A stretch of 64,000 nt of DNA from Candidatus Omnitrophota bacterium. Its GTDB lineage: Bacteria; Omnitrophota; Omnitrophia; Omnitrophales; Aquincolibacteriaceae. The notes beneath the pieces were generated by a model. It searched no databases and had not been told where the DNA came from. It was given only the letters and a program-made list of their open reading frames with translations. Shown here one piece after another: positions 44,656-54,369 of the stretch. The stretch is taken from assembly GCA_903884815.1 (NCBI GenBank), contig CAISGE010000032.1, positions 5,978 through 69,977 of the forward strand. The letters are read 5' to 3'. The position numbers and the translations under genes were made by a program. Each line of letters opens with the position of its first letter. The first letter of the stretch is position 1.

Positions 44656-45393
44656 CTATGCCACGATATTTTTTTTGATTTGTTCCAGCAAATCCCTCGA
44701 ATCCGCGTAAGGCAGGATGATCGGAAGCGGGAGAACCTTTTTGGCCTCGGCGAGCATGCTTTCGGGACAATAAATACAAAAACGGACTTTATCGACGACC
44801 GATCCATATTTCACCTTTTTATAGATCGACGCGGCGTCCAGGACGGTCGGATCCTCCCAGAATTGGCAGAAAAAAAACTTCGGAGCAAGCATTTCACATT
44901 TTTGAACAGCCTCATATTCATTCAAAGGGATCGTGACTTTATAACCCTTCGCGATGAACAATTCCTTGAGCTTATTGGCCACGAACTCCTGAACCCCGAA
45001 AATCAGGACATCCTTGCTCTCCCTCTTCGATTGAAGCGTGAGTGCCTGATCGATCTGCTTCAGGAGGGCTTCGATCTCGAGGGGCTTACTGACGAATGTG
45101 ATCAAGTCGGATGGAGGGAAAAGCTCTGCCATGTTTTTTCGAGCAGAGATCACGAACACGGGAATGTGTTTGGCGTGCGGGTCGGCCTGAAGTTTTTCAA
45201 AGACCTGATAACCTTCAAGACCCGGCATGATAACATCGAGAAGGATCAGATCCGGTTTTTCCCGGAGGGCTTTGGCCAAGGCCTCGGTCCCGTTAAAGGC
45301 GGTGAGGACCTCGAAGCCTTGTATTTCCATGGCGATTTTTACGAGCTCCACTAAGGCCGGATCATCGTCAGCAATGAGAATTTTTTTAGGCAT
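44656..45393 (-). CDS. Response regulator: REC + degenerate second REC domain
   Basis: ILIADDD, LLDVIMPG, ISA, KP; C-terminal domain paralogous to 58328-59074. Confidence 0.88.
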   Translation of the reverse strand: MPKKILIADDDPALVELVKIAMEIQGFEVLTAFNGTEALAKALREKPDLILLDVIMPGLEGYQVFEKLQADPHAKHIPVFVISARKNMAELFPPSDLITFVSKPLEIEALLKQIDQALTLQSKRESKDVLIFGVQEFVANKLKELFIAKGYKVTIPLNEYEAVQKCEMLAPKFFFCQFWEDPTVLDAASIYKKVKYGSVVDKVRFCIYCPESMLAEAKKVLPLPIILPYADSRDLLEQIKKNIVA

Positions 45394-45692
45394 CGGATTC
45401 TTTCTCTAACTGTCTTATATTCACCGTTATTGGTTTGGCGCCTCACACGCGATGAAGCCACCTGGATATATAACGAGTTTTTTGGGGATTCCTTGAATGG
45501 CTTTGTGCTGTCAGCCTATAAAAATAAATAAAAAACGGTGCTGGCTGAAAACAAATCGCCTTATTATAATATGCGCCTTCTATGCCGCACCTTCATAGCA
45601 CTTAACATATTTGCGGCATGGTACTGTTTTCCCGTAAATGCTTATATAAAAAAGTGTTGCGAACTCTTTTCACCCAATCAGGGAGGAACGTT

Positions 45693-46502
45693 ATGACGAC
45701 AGCTTATAATATCATCGTATGCGGGAGCCTGGTGCCTGACCCTCTTCAGACGCTGGAACCGATCCAGGGCCCGACGGGGCCCGCTCTCAAAAATGAAATG
45801 ATGCTGCCTTCCGTGCTCGATCCGTGGGCCGGACACTCCCTTTTTGAGGCTGCCAATCTCGCGAAACAGCATCCTGGAAGCAAGGTGACACTCCTGAGCA
45901 TCGGTCCCAAAGCCAAGCTCCAGCAGCTTATGATGATCATTGCCCAGAAGGTGCCCTTTGAACTTGTGTGTTTGGATGGCTCGGCGAGCGGTTTTATGGA
46001 CTCCCGCGAGGTCGCTGCGGCGCTGGCCGGAGCGATCGAGAAGATCCCGGGACTTGATAAGACGAAGCTTTTGGTGTTCGGAGGCTGCTCTTCGGCTTCC
46101 CGTGACTCGGGGACTACGATGCAGATGATCGCCGAGCAATTGGGGATCACGGACGTGTTTCTTGCCGTCGATGAACTCAAATTCCAGGCGGATGGCTCCT
46201 TCCGTCTCCTGGAACGTGTCGAAGGCGGACAGTATCAGGTTTCCACCTGCACTGGCGCACCGGTCGTGATCGGCTGGGCCACGGGGAATCTTCCCGAACC
46301 GCCGAACAACCCTCAGGTGGGTATGGCGAACATGCGCACCATCATGCCTTCGCTCCAGAAGGCGCAGCCGGCCGGACTCAAGACCGATGCCATCAAATTC
46401 GCGAGCGTCCAGCTTCCCGGGCAGCAGCGCCAGACCCGGATCGTCAAGGATACCCCTATCGACGAGATCGCCAAAGAAATCGTAACCTGGATAAAGGGCT
46501 AG
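45693..46502 (+). CDS. etfB: Electron transfer flavoprotein beta subunit (divergent)
   Basis: IIVCGSLVPDP, LDPW, SIGP, LLERVEGG; GGAGG RBS. Confidence 0.78.
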   Translation: MTTAYNIIVCGSLVPDPLQTLEPIQGPTGPALKNEMMLPSVLDPWAGHSLFEAANLAKQHPGSKVTLLSIGPKAKLQQLMMIIAQKVPFELVCLDGSASGFMDSREVAAALAGAIEKIPGLDKTKLLVFGGCSSASRDSGTTMQMIAEQLGITDVFLAVDELKFQADGSFRLLERVEGGQYQVSTCTGAPVVIGWATGNLPEPPNNPQVGMANMRTIMPSLQKAQPAGLKTDAIKFASVQLPGQQRQTRIVKDTPIDEIAKEIVTWIKG

Positions 46503-46505
46503 ACC

Positions 46506-47540
46506 ATGGAAAAAATACTCTTTTTAGCGCATACGGATTCAAACGGCCAGCTTCCCAAAGTCGCGCTCGAAACTTTGAACGCGGCGCTTCAGATCAAGCA
46601 AGGTCTCGCGGGCTCCACGCTCACAATCGGTCTCGTCGGAGAAAATGTTCAGGCCGCTGCGGATCAGATCGCGTCTTGTGGCATGGAGAAAGCTTTGGGA
46701 GTCAGCGGTGCTGATTTCGGCATGTCGCGCTATGCCACGGACGTAAAAGCCGCGGCAGCGCTTGGGACCGCATCCGGAGCGACGATTATCATCGCCCCGG
46801 CCACTTCGCGTTTTTCACGGGCGCTCCCCGGAGCGGCGTTCCGTCTGAAGGCGACCATCGATACTCATGTGAGCGGCATTCAGTTCACCGAGGGTGTGTT
46901 GCAGATCCAGCGCTGGTATTACCGTCAGCGCATGATGGCAACGCTTACTCGCGTTGCGCGGCCCTGGATCATTGCGATTGATTCCGGCGTGTTCCCGCCT
47001 TGGCAGGGCACCAAAGGCTCGGCGAAAGTTGAGGCTGTTTCGGTCGCGGTAGCAGATCAGGAGAAGCGCACGAAGATGACGGGGATCGAAGCTCCTTCTG
47101 CGGATGCGCAAACGATCCGCCCGGAAGCCCAGATTCTGCTGGTCGCGGGCGCCGGTTGGACCAAGAAGCAGACGGATGGCCAGATCCATGCCAAAGAGGC
47201 CGAAAAACATATTCTGGATTTTCTCAAGCTTGCCAAAGCCTCACTTGGCAGCAGCAAGTCGCTTGTGGACCAGGGGTCGGAAGGGGAAGCCGTGCTGACT
47301 TGCATGAGTCATTTGAACCAGGTCGGGCAGACGGGCTCCACGCCGCGCCACCCGAAAGGGCTTTCTACCTGCTGCCATGGCGAAGAACCTCATGTGGTCG
47401 GTTGGCGCTTCATCAACGAACGCCGTGCGATCAATACGGATGCCAGCTGTGGTTGGGCGCAGGGCAAGGCCGATGTGCTTTATGTGGCCGATGCCTTTGC
47501 CGTCATGTCTAAGGTGAACGAACTTCTTGCCAAAGGCTAA
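46506..47540 (+). CDS. etfA: Electron transfer flavoprotein alpha subunit (divergent)
   Basis: VAGAGW, LGSSKSLVD, QVGQTG, AINTD, ADVLYVAD. Confidence 0.8.
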   Translation: MEKILFLAHTDSNGQLPKVALETLNAALQIKQGLAGSTLTIGLVGENVQAAADQIASCGMEKALGVSGADFGMSRYATDVKAAAALGTASGATIIIAPATSRFSRALPGAAFRLKATIDTHVSGIQFTEGVLQIQRWYYRQRMMATLTRVARPWIIAIDSGVFPPWQGTKGSAKVEAVSVAVADQEKRTKMTGIEAPSADAQTIRPEAQILLVAGAGWTKKQTDGQIHAKEAEKHILDFLKLAKASLGSSKSLVDQGSEGEAVLTCMSHLNQVGQTGSTPRHPKGLSTCCHGEEPHVVGWRFINERRAINTDASCGWAQGKADVLYVADAFAVMSKVNELLAKG

Positions 47541-47541
47541 A

Positions 47542-48303
47542 ATGAGCCCCAAACCAAAGCCAGGCTTTGGAATTTCAAAGCCTGGCTTTTCGTTTTTCCT
47601 CTGTTCCGGAAATCCCCGGAGAATTCTCCGTGCTGCTTGCTTCATTCTCACAATGACCCTGGTCCAAGGTGTCCTTGTCCCTCTCGTGGCGGCGTCGCCG
47701 GCCAAAGATGAAAATTTCGGGACCTGGAATATTTATGATGTTGAGAAGAAACTGAATCAACAGTGGAAAATGAAGGTGGGGGAGGAGCTTCGGTTCCGGG
47801 ATCATGCGGGGCTTTACTATGCAGAAACCCATCTGGGTGTGGATTATAAGCCGTCCAAATATCTTGCCATGGGCGCCGAGTATCAGGAGATCCGCACCAC
47901 GCGTGTCGTGCAGAAGCACGATAAGTGGTTTTGGGATCAGGTGCCGCGGATCTATTTGACACCTCAATATGTCTATAAAGGTTTTTTGTTAGAAGATCGC
48001 AATATGTTGGAGTTCCGGATCCGGCAGGATGCGCGGTTTAGCCTGCGGTACCGTAATTTGGTCACTCTGACGTCTCCCTGGAAATGGACGCCGCTTCAAT
48101 TCCAGCCCTACACCGCAAATGAGACCTTTTTCGAGACGCAGAGGAACGGATTGGTCGAAGACCGGTACTTCGCCGGGTTTAAGGTCCATTGGTGGGGACC
48201 TATCTCCGGATCGATCTTTTATCTGAGACAATCAAGTAAGAATGCGATCGCGAAGTGGACTTCGCTGAATATTCTCGGGACGAGCCTGAAATACTCTTTT
48301 TGA
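47542..48303 (+). CDS. DUF2490-like outer-membrane beta-barrel protein
   Basis: Hydrophobic signal, EELRFRD, DRNMLEFR, RYRN, ANETF, ends LKYSF. Confidence 0.75.
   Translation: MSPKPKPGFGISKPGFSFFLCSGNPRRILRAACFILTMTLVQGVLVPLVAASPAKDENFGTWNIYDVEKKLNQQWKMKVGEELRFRDHAGLYYAETHLGVDYKPSKYLAMGAEYQEIRTTRVVQKHDKWFWDQVPRIYLTPQYVYKGFLLEDRNMLEFRIRQDARFSLRYRNLVTLTSPWKWTPLQFQPYTANETFFETQRNGLVEDRYFAGFKVHWWGPISGSIFYLRQSSKNAIAKWTSLNILGTSLKYSF
47557..47589. repeat. AAGCCAGGCTTTG / CAAAGCCTGGCTT palindrome
   Basis: aagccaggctttg-gaattt-caaagcctggctt perfect inverted repeat. Confidence 0.8.
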
Positions 48304-48350
48304 CCGTGGCTTTTCCGAAAAAATCAGGTGGCGCAAATATAGTTTGTGCT

Positions 48351-48516
48351 ATCCTTGTCTCGAGTTCTCTTCTTAAGTGGCGACAAGGACAGCCCTGACT
48401 TATAGTTTCTTTTTTTTGAAGGAGAGTCAGGGCAGCCCCAATCTCAGCTTCGCTTCGATTGATTGGAATTGGGACTGCCCCAATTTCAACATGGTTGAAA
48501 TTGATAAGAATTGGGA
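48351..48516 (+). other. Four-hairpin structured leader element, copy 2
   Basis: Colinear homolog of 29548-29713. Confidence 0.75.
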
Positions 48517-48570
48517 CTAGAATACCGCCTCTGTTTTGGAACTTTTTTACTACCTGAGATTTTTTTCCAT

Positions 48571-50256
48571 ATGTCAAAATCTGAAGTCATTCATACAGAT
48601 ATTCTGATCGTCGGAGGTGGTGTCGCGGGGCTTGCGACGGCCATCCACCTCGCGGATCTTATGGCCGCGGGAAATCCTCAGGAAGCAGGTGCCGCGCTTC
48701 CCTGGAAGATCCTAGTCCTCGAGAAGGGGAGCTCGATTGGAAGCCACACCCTTTCCGGTGCCGTGATCAATCCCGCGATCTTGAAGGAGCTTCTTCCCGA
48801 AGTTGATCCCAAGGATTATCCCTTCGAATCGCCTGTCACAAAAGACGATGTGTATTTCCTGACCCCCAAGCATGCCTTGCGAGCTCCCTTCACGCCTCCC
48901 TTTATGGGGAATCACGGCAATTCCGTGGTCTCGCTCGGGAAAATGACGCGCTGGCTCGCCGAGATCGCCGAAAAGAAAGGCGTTCAGATCTATTCGGGGT
49001 TCAGCGTCTCTGAGATGCTCTATGAGAACGGGCACGTGGTGGGAGCTCGGACCATTGATACGGGTGTGGATAAGCACGGAAAGCCGATGGACAATTTCCA
49101 GGCCGGCGACGAGATCCGCGCGAAGATCACTGTTTTGGCGGAAGGTCCCCGCGGCAGTCTGACCCGGGCACTTTGCCGCAAGCTTAAGTTGGACGAGAAG
49201 AGCAACCCCCAGGTCTATTCGACCGGCGTGAAGGAATTGTGGGATCTCCCGGAAGGAACGTTTGCCGCCGGGCGTGTCATGCATACGCTGGGATATCCTT
49301 TCGAATTCAACCATTTTGGCGGTGGTTTTGTTTATGGCCTGAACGGTCGCCAGGTCGTGGTCGGTATCGCGGCGGGATTGGATTATGTGGATCCCACATT
49401 TGATTCCCACGCGGCACTTCAGATCTATAAAACGCATCCCATGATCGCGAAGATCCTTGCGAAGGGAAAACTCCTGCGTTACGGCGCGAAGACGATCCCT
49501 GAAGGCGGTCTTTACTCCCTGCCGCAGCTTTATCATGACGGCGTGATGATCGTCGGGGATTCCGCCGGATTTCTCAGCATGCCGAGCCTCAAAGGGGTGC
49601 ATCTTGCGATCGAATCCGGGATGATGGCCGCAAAAACAGCGCTTGAAGCGCTTCAGAAAAACGATTTTTCCTCGAAGCAGCTCAGTCTTTACGCCACGCT
49701 TTTCGAAAAGAGCGCCGCTTTCAACACCCTTTCCAAGACCCGCAATTTCAGGGCCGGATTCGGGTATGGCATGATTCTGGGGGTGTTTCACTTCGCGATG
49801 CAGATCCTTACCGGTGGGCGAGGTATCACGCCGTCGGGGCGGATGAAGACGCATGAGGACGCGGCTTGTTATAAAGCGCTTGCGGATGTTCAAAAGCCTT
49901 TCTGTAAAAAATTCGCCAAGGAACTTGTTTTTGACAAGCAACTGACCTTTGATAAAGTCACGGATGTTTATTTTTCCGGCTCTAAGCACGATGAGGAGCA
50001 GCCTTGTCATCTTCGCGTCCTGGATTTTGAATTGTGCCGCAATGTTTGCATCCCGAAATTCGGCGGGCCGTGCCAGTATTTTTGCCCGGCCGAGGTCTAT
50101 GAAATCGTGACGGACCCGAAAACCGGGAAAAAAGATCTTCACCTTCATCCGGCCAATTGCGTGCATTGCAAGACCTGTGATATCAAGGACCCGTTTGGCA
50201 ACATTGAATGGGCCGTGCCATACGGCGGTGACGGGCCGGAGTACGAAAATTTGTAA
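48571..50256 (+). CDS. Electron transfer flavoprotein-quinone oxidoreductase (ETF-QO)
   Basis: IVGGGVAG, EKG..IGSHTLSGA, AEGPRG, KELW, YGAKTIPEGG, HDEEQPCHL, CPAEVY, NCVHCKTCDIKDP. Confidence 0.93.
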   Translation: MSKSEVIHTDILIVGGGVAGLATAIHLADLMAAGNPQEAGAALPWKILVLEKGSSIGSHTLSGAVINPAILKELLPEVDPKDYPFESPVTKDDVYFLTPKHALRAPFTPPFMGNHGNSVVSLGKMTRWLAEIAEKKGVQIYSGFSVSEMLYENGHVVGARTIDTGVDKHGKPMDNFQAGDEIRAKITVLAEGPRGSLTRALCRKLKLDEKSNPQVYSTGVKELWDLPEGTFAAGRVMHTLGYPFEFNHFGGGFVYGLNGRQVVVGIAAGLDYVDPTFDSHAALQIYKTHPMIAKILAKGKLLRYGAKTIPEGGLYSLPQLYHDGVMIVGDSAGFLSMPSLKGVHLAIESGMMAAKTALEALQKNDFSSKQLSLYATLFEKSAAFNTLSKTRNFRAGFGYGMILGVFHFAMQILTGGRGITPSGRMKTHEDAACYKALADVQKPFCKKFAKELVFDKQLTFDKVTDVYFSGSKHDEEQPCHLRVLDFELCRNVCIPKFGGPCQYFCPAEVYEIVTDPKTGKKDLHLHPANCVHCKTCDIKDPFGNIEWAVPYGGDGPEYENL

Positions 50257-50258
50257 AC

Positions 50259-50324
50259 GAGTACGGAGTACGGTGTGTGGCGAAAAAGATTTTAGTTGCT
50301 GTGCTCCGCACCTCGCGCGCTGTC
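50259..50324. repeat. Heptamer-built inverted repeat, GTACG family copy D (decayed right arm)
   Basis: gagtacg gagtacg gtgtgtg gcgaaaa ... gtgctcc gcacctc gcgcgct. Confidence 0.6.
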
Positions 50325-50339
50325 CAAAGTAAGGAATCT

Positions 50340-52301
50340 ATGGGACTTAAAATTATAACGATTATGAAGCAAGTGCCGCTTCCTACCGAGATGCGTATGG
50401 GAGCCGACGGTCTTATGGACCGCACCAAGGCAAAATCCTCGATTAATGCGGATTGCACGTTCGGTCTTGAGCAGGGGCTTCAGATCAAAAAGCATGTTCC
50501 CGATGCTGAGCTCATTGTTGTATCGATGGGGCCGACGAGTTTTGAGCAATCGCTTAAAAAAGCTTTGGCGATGGGCTACGATCGTGCGGTCCTTCTTTCC
50601 GACAGGAAACTCGGGGGCTCCGATACCTTTGCCACCGGCTACGCGATCGCCTCCCTTCTCAAGAAGCTCGGGTTCTCGAAGGACAGCAAAGAACCTTTCA
50701 TTATTTTCTCAGGTCGCCAGACGACGGATGGTGACACGGCTCACGTGCCCTCCCAAACTGCCGAGAATCTCGGCATTCCCCAGGCCACTTTTGTTGAAAA
50801 GGTGGAGTACAAGGGCGATCATCTGAAAGTCCGCCGTATTATTGAAGGCGGCTACCAGGTCCTCAAAGTTCCCATACCGTGTCTCATTTCCATAGCTCCG
50901 ACGGCGACGCCGGCCCGCCGGCCTTCTCTCAAAGGTGCCATACGCGCCAGGAGCACGAAAACCGAGATCTGGTCACTGGATCAAACTGGGGCTGATGCGA
51001 GCGTGGTGGGCTTGAGCGGTTCGCCGACTCTCGTCTCAAAAGTCGTGGATATTCAAAAGAACAGGCCTGCTGTGAACATGATTTCGGGTCATGAGCCGAA
51101 GGATCTGGCGGACACCCTCGTTGCCGAGATCGAAAAGATCAAGGATTCGATGGGTGGGGCTCACGGAGGCCATGAAGAATCGGATCAAAAAAACGATGCT
51201 GTGGCGGCCAAGGCGGACGTGGATTTCCCGAGGGTTGATTTCCGGAAAGACGCTCGTGGCGTCCTGACATGGATCGAAATGCACGGCGATACACCGGCAC
51301 GGTCCTCTCTGGAGATCCTAAATCCCGCGCGAAAACTGGCGGACCAGCTTAAGACCCAGGTGACCGCGGTCATTACGGGGCATAACATCAAAGGTGTGGC
51401 TGCCGAGATCATTGCTTATGGAGCGGATGAAGTGGTGGTGGTCGATGACCCCCGCCTTAAGGAATACAGGATCCTTCCCTTGGCCGCAGTCCTGACACAA
51501 TGGATGGAACATAAACGTCCTGAAATCGCACTTTTTGGCGCGACGACTTCGGGTCGGGAACTGGCGCCTCGCATCGCGAGTCGCGTTCACGCGGGCGTGA
51601 CCGCCGATTGCACAAGTCTAAGGATCGGGGAATACGCGCATCGCATGAAGAAAACGATTTTCTATCCTGTGCTGGAGTCCATTCGTCCGACTTACGGAGA
51701 GAGCAAGCTCGCGACGATCATCGGATTTTGGTGCCCGCAAATGGCGACTGCGCGTTCCGGAACCTTCAAGATCCTGCCAAAAGACCTATCGCGGAAGGGG
51801 ACGGTTCGCGAATTCACCCCCACTTTCAGGGACAGCGATTTCTGCGTCGAAGTGCTCGAGACGAAGCGCGAGGCCGGGGGCGGGGATAATCTCTTTGTTG
51901 CCGATATTATTATTTCCGGCGGTCGTCCGGCCGGAGATCATGACGATTTCAAGCTGATCAAGGACCTTGTGCAGGCTCTTCAGGAGCGCGGGATCAACGC
52001 CGATTGGGGCGCGAGCCGCCACGCGGTGGATAACGGATATGCGCCATACGCGCGCCAGATCGGCCAGACAGGAAAGACCGTTCGCCCGAAGCTTTATATC
52101 GCAGTCGCGATCTCCGGGGCGATACAGCATCTTGCGGGGATGAAGGAATCGGGTAAGATCATCGCGATCAATCAAGACCCTCAGGCCGCGATCTTCCGTC
52201 ATGCGGATTTTGGCATCGTCCGCGATTACCGGGAAGTTCTTCCGGAGCTGATCGCCAAGGTTAAGGCGGGTTTCACGTTTGGTTTGGCCGCGGGGAAATA
52301 G
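50340..52301 (+). CDS. Single-chain EtfB-EtfA (FixA-FixB) fusion
   Basis: N-half KQVP, SMGP, SDRKLGGSDT, GRQTTDGDT; C-half GVTADCT, GASR, QIGQTGKTVRP, ISGAIQHLAGM. Confidence 0.9.
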   Translation: MGLKIITIMKQVPLPTEMRMGADGLMDRTKAKSSINADCTFGLEQGLQIKKHVPDAELIVVSMGPTSFEQSLKKALAMGYDRAVLLSDRKLGGSDTFATGYAIASLLKKLGFSKDSKEPFIIFSGRQTTDGDTAHVPSQTAENLGIPQATFVEKVEYKGDHLKVRRIIEGGYQVLKVPIPCLISIAPTATPARRPSLKGAIRARSTKTEIWSLDQTGADASVVGLSGSPTLVSKVVDIQKNRPAVNMISGHEPKDLADTLVAEIEKIKDSMGGAHGGHEESDQKNDAVAAKADVDFPRVDFRKDARGVLTWIEMHGDTPARSSLEILNPARKLADQLKTQVTAVITGHNIKGVAAEIIAYGADEVVVVDDPRLKEYRILPLAAVLTQWMEHKRPEIALFGATTSGRELAPRIASRVHAGVTADCTSLRIGEYAHRMKKTIFYPVLESIRPTYGESKLATIIGFWCPQMATARSGTFKILPKDLSRKGTVREFTPTFRDSDFCVEVLETKREAGGGDNLFVADIIISGGRPAGDHDDFKLIKDLVQALQERGINADWGASRHAVDNGYAPYARQIGQTGKTVRPKLYIAVAISGAIQHLAGMKESGKIIAINQDPQAAIFRHADFGIVRDYREVLPELIAKVKAGFTFGLAAGK

Positions 52302-52401
52302 GCTTCTTTGAAGGGGGAGGATCCCCCATTTTGCGTTAAATTTTTTTGGAATGTGACGATAACTAACGGTGTCCTTTAAAATAAAAAAACAGGAGGGTAA
52401 C

Positions 52402-52776
52402 ATGATTAAAAAGATTCTCAGTTTAGTGATCGTAGCGGCGATGTTCATGGCTGTGACAGGCGTGTCGTATGCCGGGGAAAGCTCGGATAAGAGCCTCACC
52501 CGCGGAGCTGCGTCTTTGCTGTTGCCAGGTTGGGGCCAGTACCTTAATAATGAGATGGATTCCAAAGGTGGGAAGCTCAAGACCGGCGCCATGATCGTGC
52601 TCGAGATCGGCGGCATTGTGACGACGATCCTGCTCGGGACGCTCGTGGGCTATCCCCAGATCTGGATCGGTATCGGGATCCTGATGTTTAACCATCTTTG
52701 GAGCGCGTCGGATGCCTATCTCAAGGTTCCCGTGGGTCCGGAAGTGGCCATGAGTGGTAGTGCGGTCGCCCGTTAA
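52402..52776 (+). CDS. Small exported/membrane hypothetical protein (SLLLPGWGQY motif)
   Basis: Signal peptide plus TM helices; AGGAGG RBS. Confidence 0.7.
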   Translation: MIKKILSLVIVAAMFMAVTGVSYAGESSDKSLTRGAASLLLPGWGQYLNNEMDSKGGKLKTGAMIVLEIGGIVTTILLGTLVGYPQIWIGIGILMFNHLWSASDAYLKVPVGPEVAMSGSAVAR

Positions 52777-53812
52777 TTCATTGAAGCAGGTTTTTCTTTT
52801 CCAAAAAAGCAGGCCGTGGCAACTCTGCGGCCTGCTTTTTTTATTTCTCATCTCCTCGGGGTTCTCTCTGACCTCTTCCAAGTCCGAGGGCCGTTCGTTC
52901 CCCCTGCCAGGGAATTTCGAAGAAGTTTGGAATGCCACGATGGCGACGCTGGAAGCCGAAAAGATCCCCTTGGCCGTGACGGATAAAAGTCGCGGCTACA
53001 TCCAATCCGCCACATTTCCGCTTTATAAAAAAGAATACAAGGAATGGTCTAAGGCCCCGACGCTTTCTTCGAGCGGTTTTTGCGCGTTGGAGATCGGCGT
53101 CGTCGAGAAGGATTCGACCATGACGGTGGTGGGGATCCGGGCATTTTTTAAAAGGAAATCGGGGCTTTCCTCGCGGGGGATCCGTGCCCAGGACAAGTCT
53201 CGAGGAAGATTCGAGGGATTGCTCAGTCGGAATATCAACGAACGACTTGTGGAGAAAAAATTTCCCGCGATCAAGAGCGTGGTCCTGGGTTGCGACCTTC
53301 ATTTTGATGATGTCACCGCGCATTATTTTATTGCAGGCGCGGATACCCCGACCCTCGCTTATGAGCAGGGTCTTCGCAATGGCGATGTGATCCTGAAGAT
53401 CGACGGCCAACCGGTGACTCCCGGGAATCTTTTTGGATTTTTCCTGAATATCCCGGGTGAGGTGCTTCGGCAGTTTGTGGTCACACGTAAAGAAGGGGAG
53501 GTTTCACTCCCTATCCGGATCTTTTATTTGAGCCCGGATGCTCCGCGTCTGGGGTTCCATGCTGATCGTGATCCCGTGACCTTGAAGTTCAAGATCCTGA
53601 AGGTTTCCTCCGGATCACCGGCTGAAGCCGTGGGATTGCTGCCGGGAGATGTTCTTCTCAAACAGAATGATTTCTTGCTGGATAGCTGGAAAAACTATTA
53701 TCATGCGATTTTGGCTCAAAAGGACGGAGAGCCTCAGGTTTTTCAAATCGCGCGGGGCGGGAAGACCCTGGAGAAAAAGATCACTCCGGCCATTCCACCC
53801 CGCCCTTCATGA
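52754..53812 (+). CDS. Exported protein with two PDZ domains
   Basis: GLRNGDVILKIDG and SPAEAVGLLPGDVLL PDZ motifs; N-terminal helix-grip-like domain. Confidence 0.75.
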   Translation: MVVRSPVNSLKQVFLFQKSRPWQLCGLLFLFLISSGFSLTSSKSEGRSFPLPGNFEEVWNATMATLEAEKIPLAVTDKSRGYIQSATFPLYKKEYKEWSKAPTLSSSGFCALEIGVVEKDSTMTVVGIRAFFKRKSGLSSRGIRAQDKSRGRFEGLLSRNINERLVEKKFPAIKSVVLGCDLHFDDVTAHYFIAGADTPTLAYEQGLRNGDVILKIDGQPVTPGNLFGFFLNIPGEVLRQFVVTRKEGEVSLPIRIFYLSPDAPRLGFHADRDPVTLKFKILKVSSGSPAEAVGLLPGDVLLKQNDFLLDSWKNYYHAILAQKDGEPQVFQIARGGKTLEKKITPAIPPRPS

Positions 53813-54255
53813 AAAAGCCTTATCTCGTATTTATTTATTCTCTGATCGCTCCCGGTCTAGGGCAGCTCTATCTTGGAGAAAGCGCTAAGGGGTGGACGTT
53901 TCTCTCGATGACCGGTGGCATCGTTGTGAGTCTTATTGTCAGTCATACGATGATCGCCTGGATCTTGATGGGCGGGATTTATCTGGCGATTATGATCCCT
54001 GCCGCTTTAGACGCCTTTCAAACCGCTTCCGGCAGGCCGCGCGTTTTCGCAGGAGATTCCCGGGCTTATGCGATCGGGATGCTTCTTCTGGTCGGGCCTT
54101 TCGCTCTTCCGCTTTTGTGGCAAAGCGGCAGGTTTTCTAAAATAGCAAAGATCGCTTGGACTCTGGTCGTGATCCTGATTGCGTTATTGGGGATCGTGGT
54201 GCTGGCTTTTTCGGCCTCATTCTTGGACCCTTTCATGAAACAAGCTGCCGGGTAG
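53809..54255 (+). CDS. Membrane hypothetical protein (SLIAPGLGQLY motif)
   Basis: Multiple TM segments; ATGA overlap with PDZ gene. Confidence 0.7.
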   Translation: MKKPYLVFIYSLIAPGLGQLYLGESAKGWTFLSMTGGIVVSLIVSHTMIAWILMGGIYLAIMIPAALDAFQTASGRPRVFAGDSRAYAIGMLLLVGPFALPLLWQSGRFSKIAKIAWTLVVILIALLGIVVLAFSASFLDPFMKQAAG

Positions 54256-54369
54256 CGGAATCCGTTCTATTCGGTTCGAAGACTTGGGCGGCGCATCGTT
54301 TTTTCAAAAGTGATTCTTGCTTTGGAGGAACCGCGTGTTAGAATACCCGAAAATTATCCAGGAGGATTT

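Noticed and set aside
44680-45354. 224-aa + strand ORF
   Set aside because: Antisense to a clear response regulator
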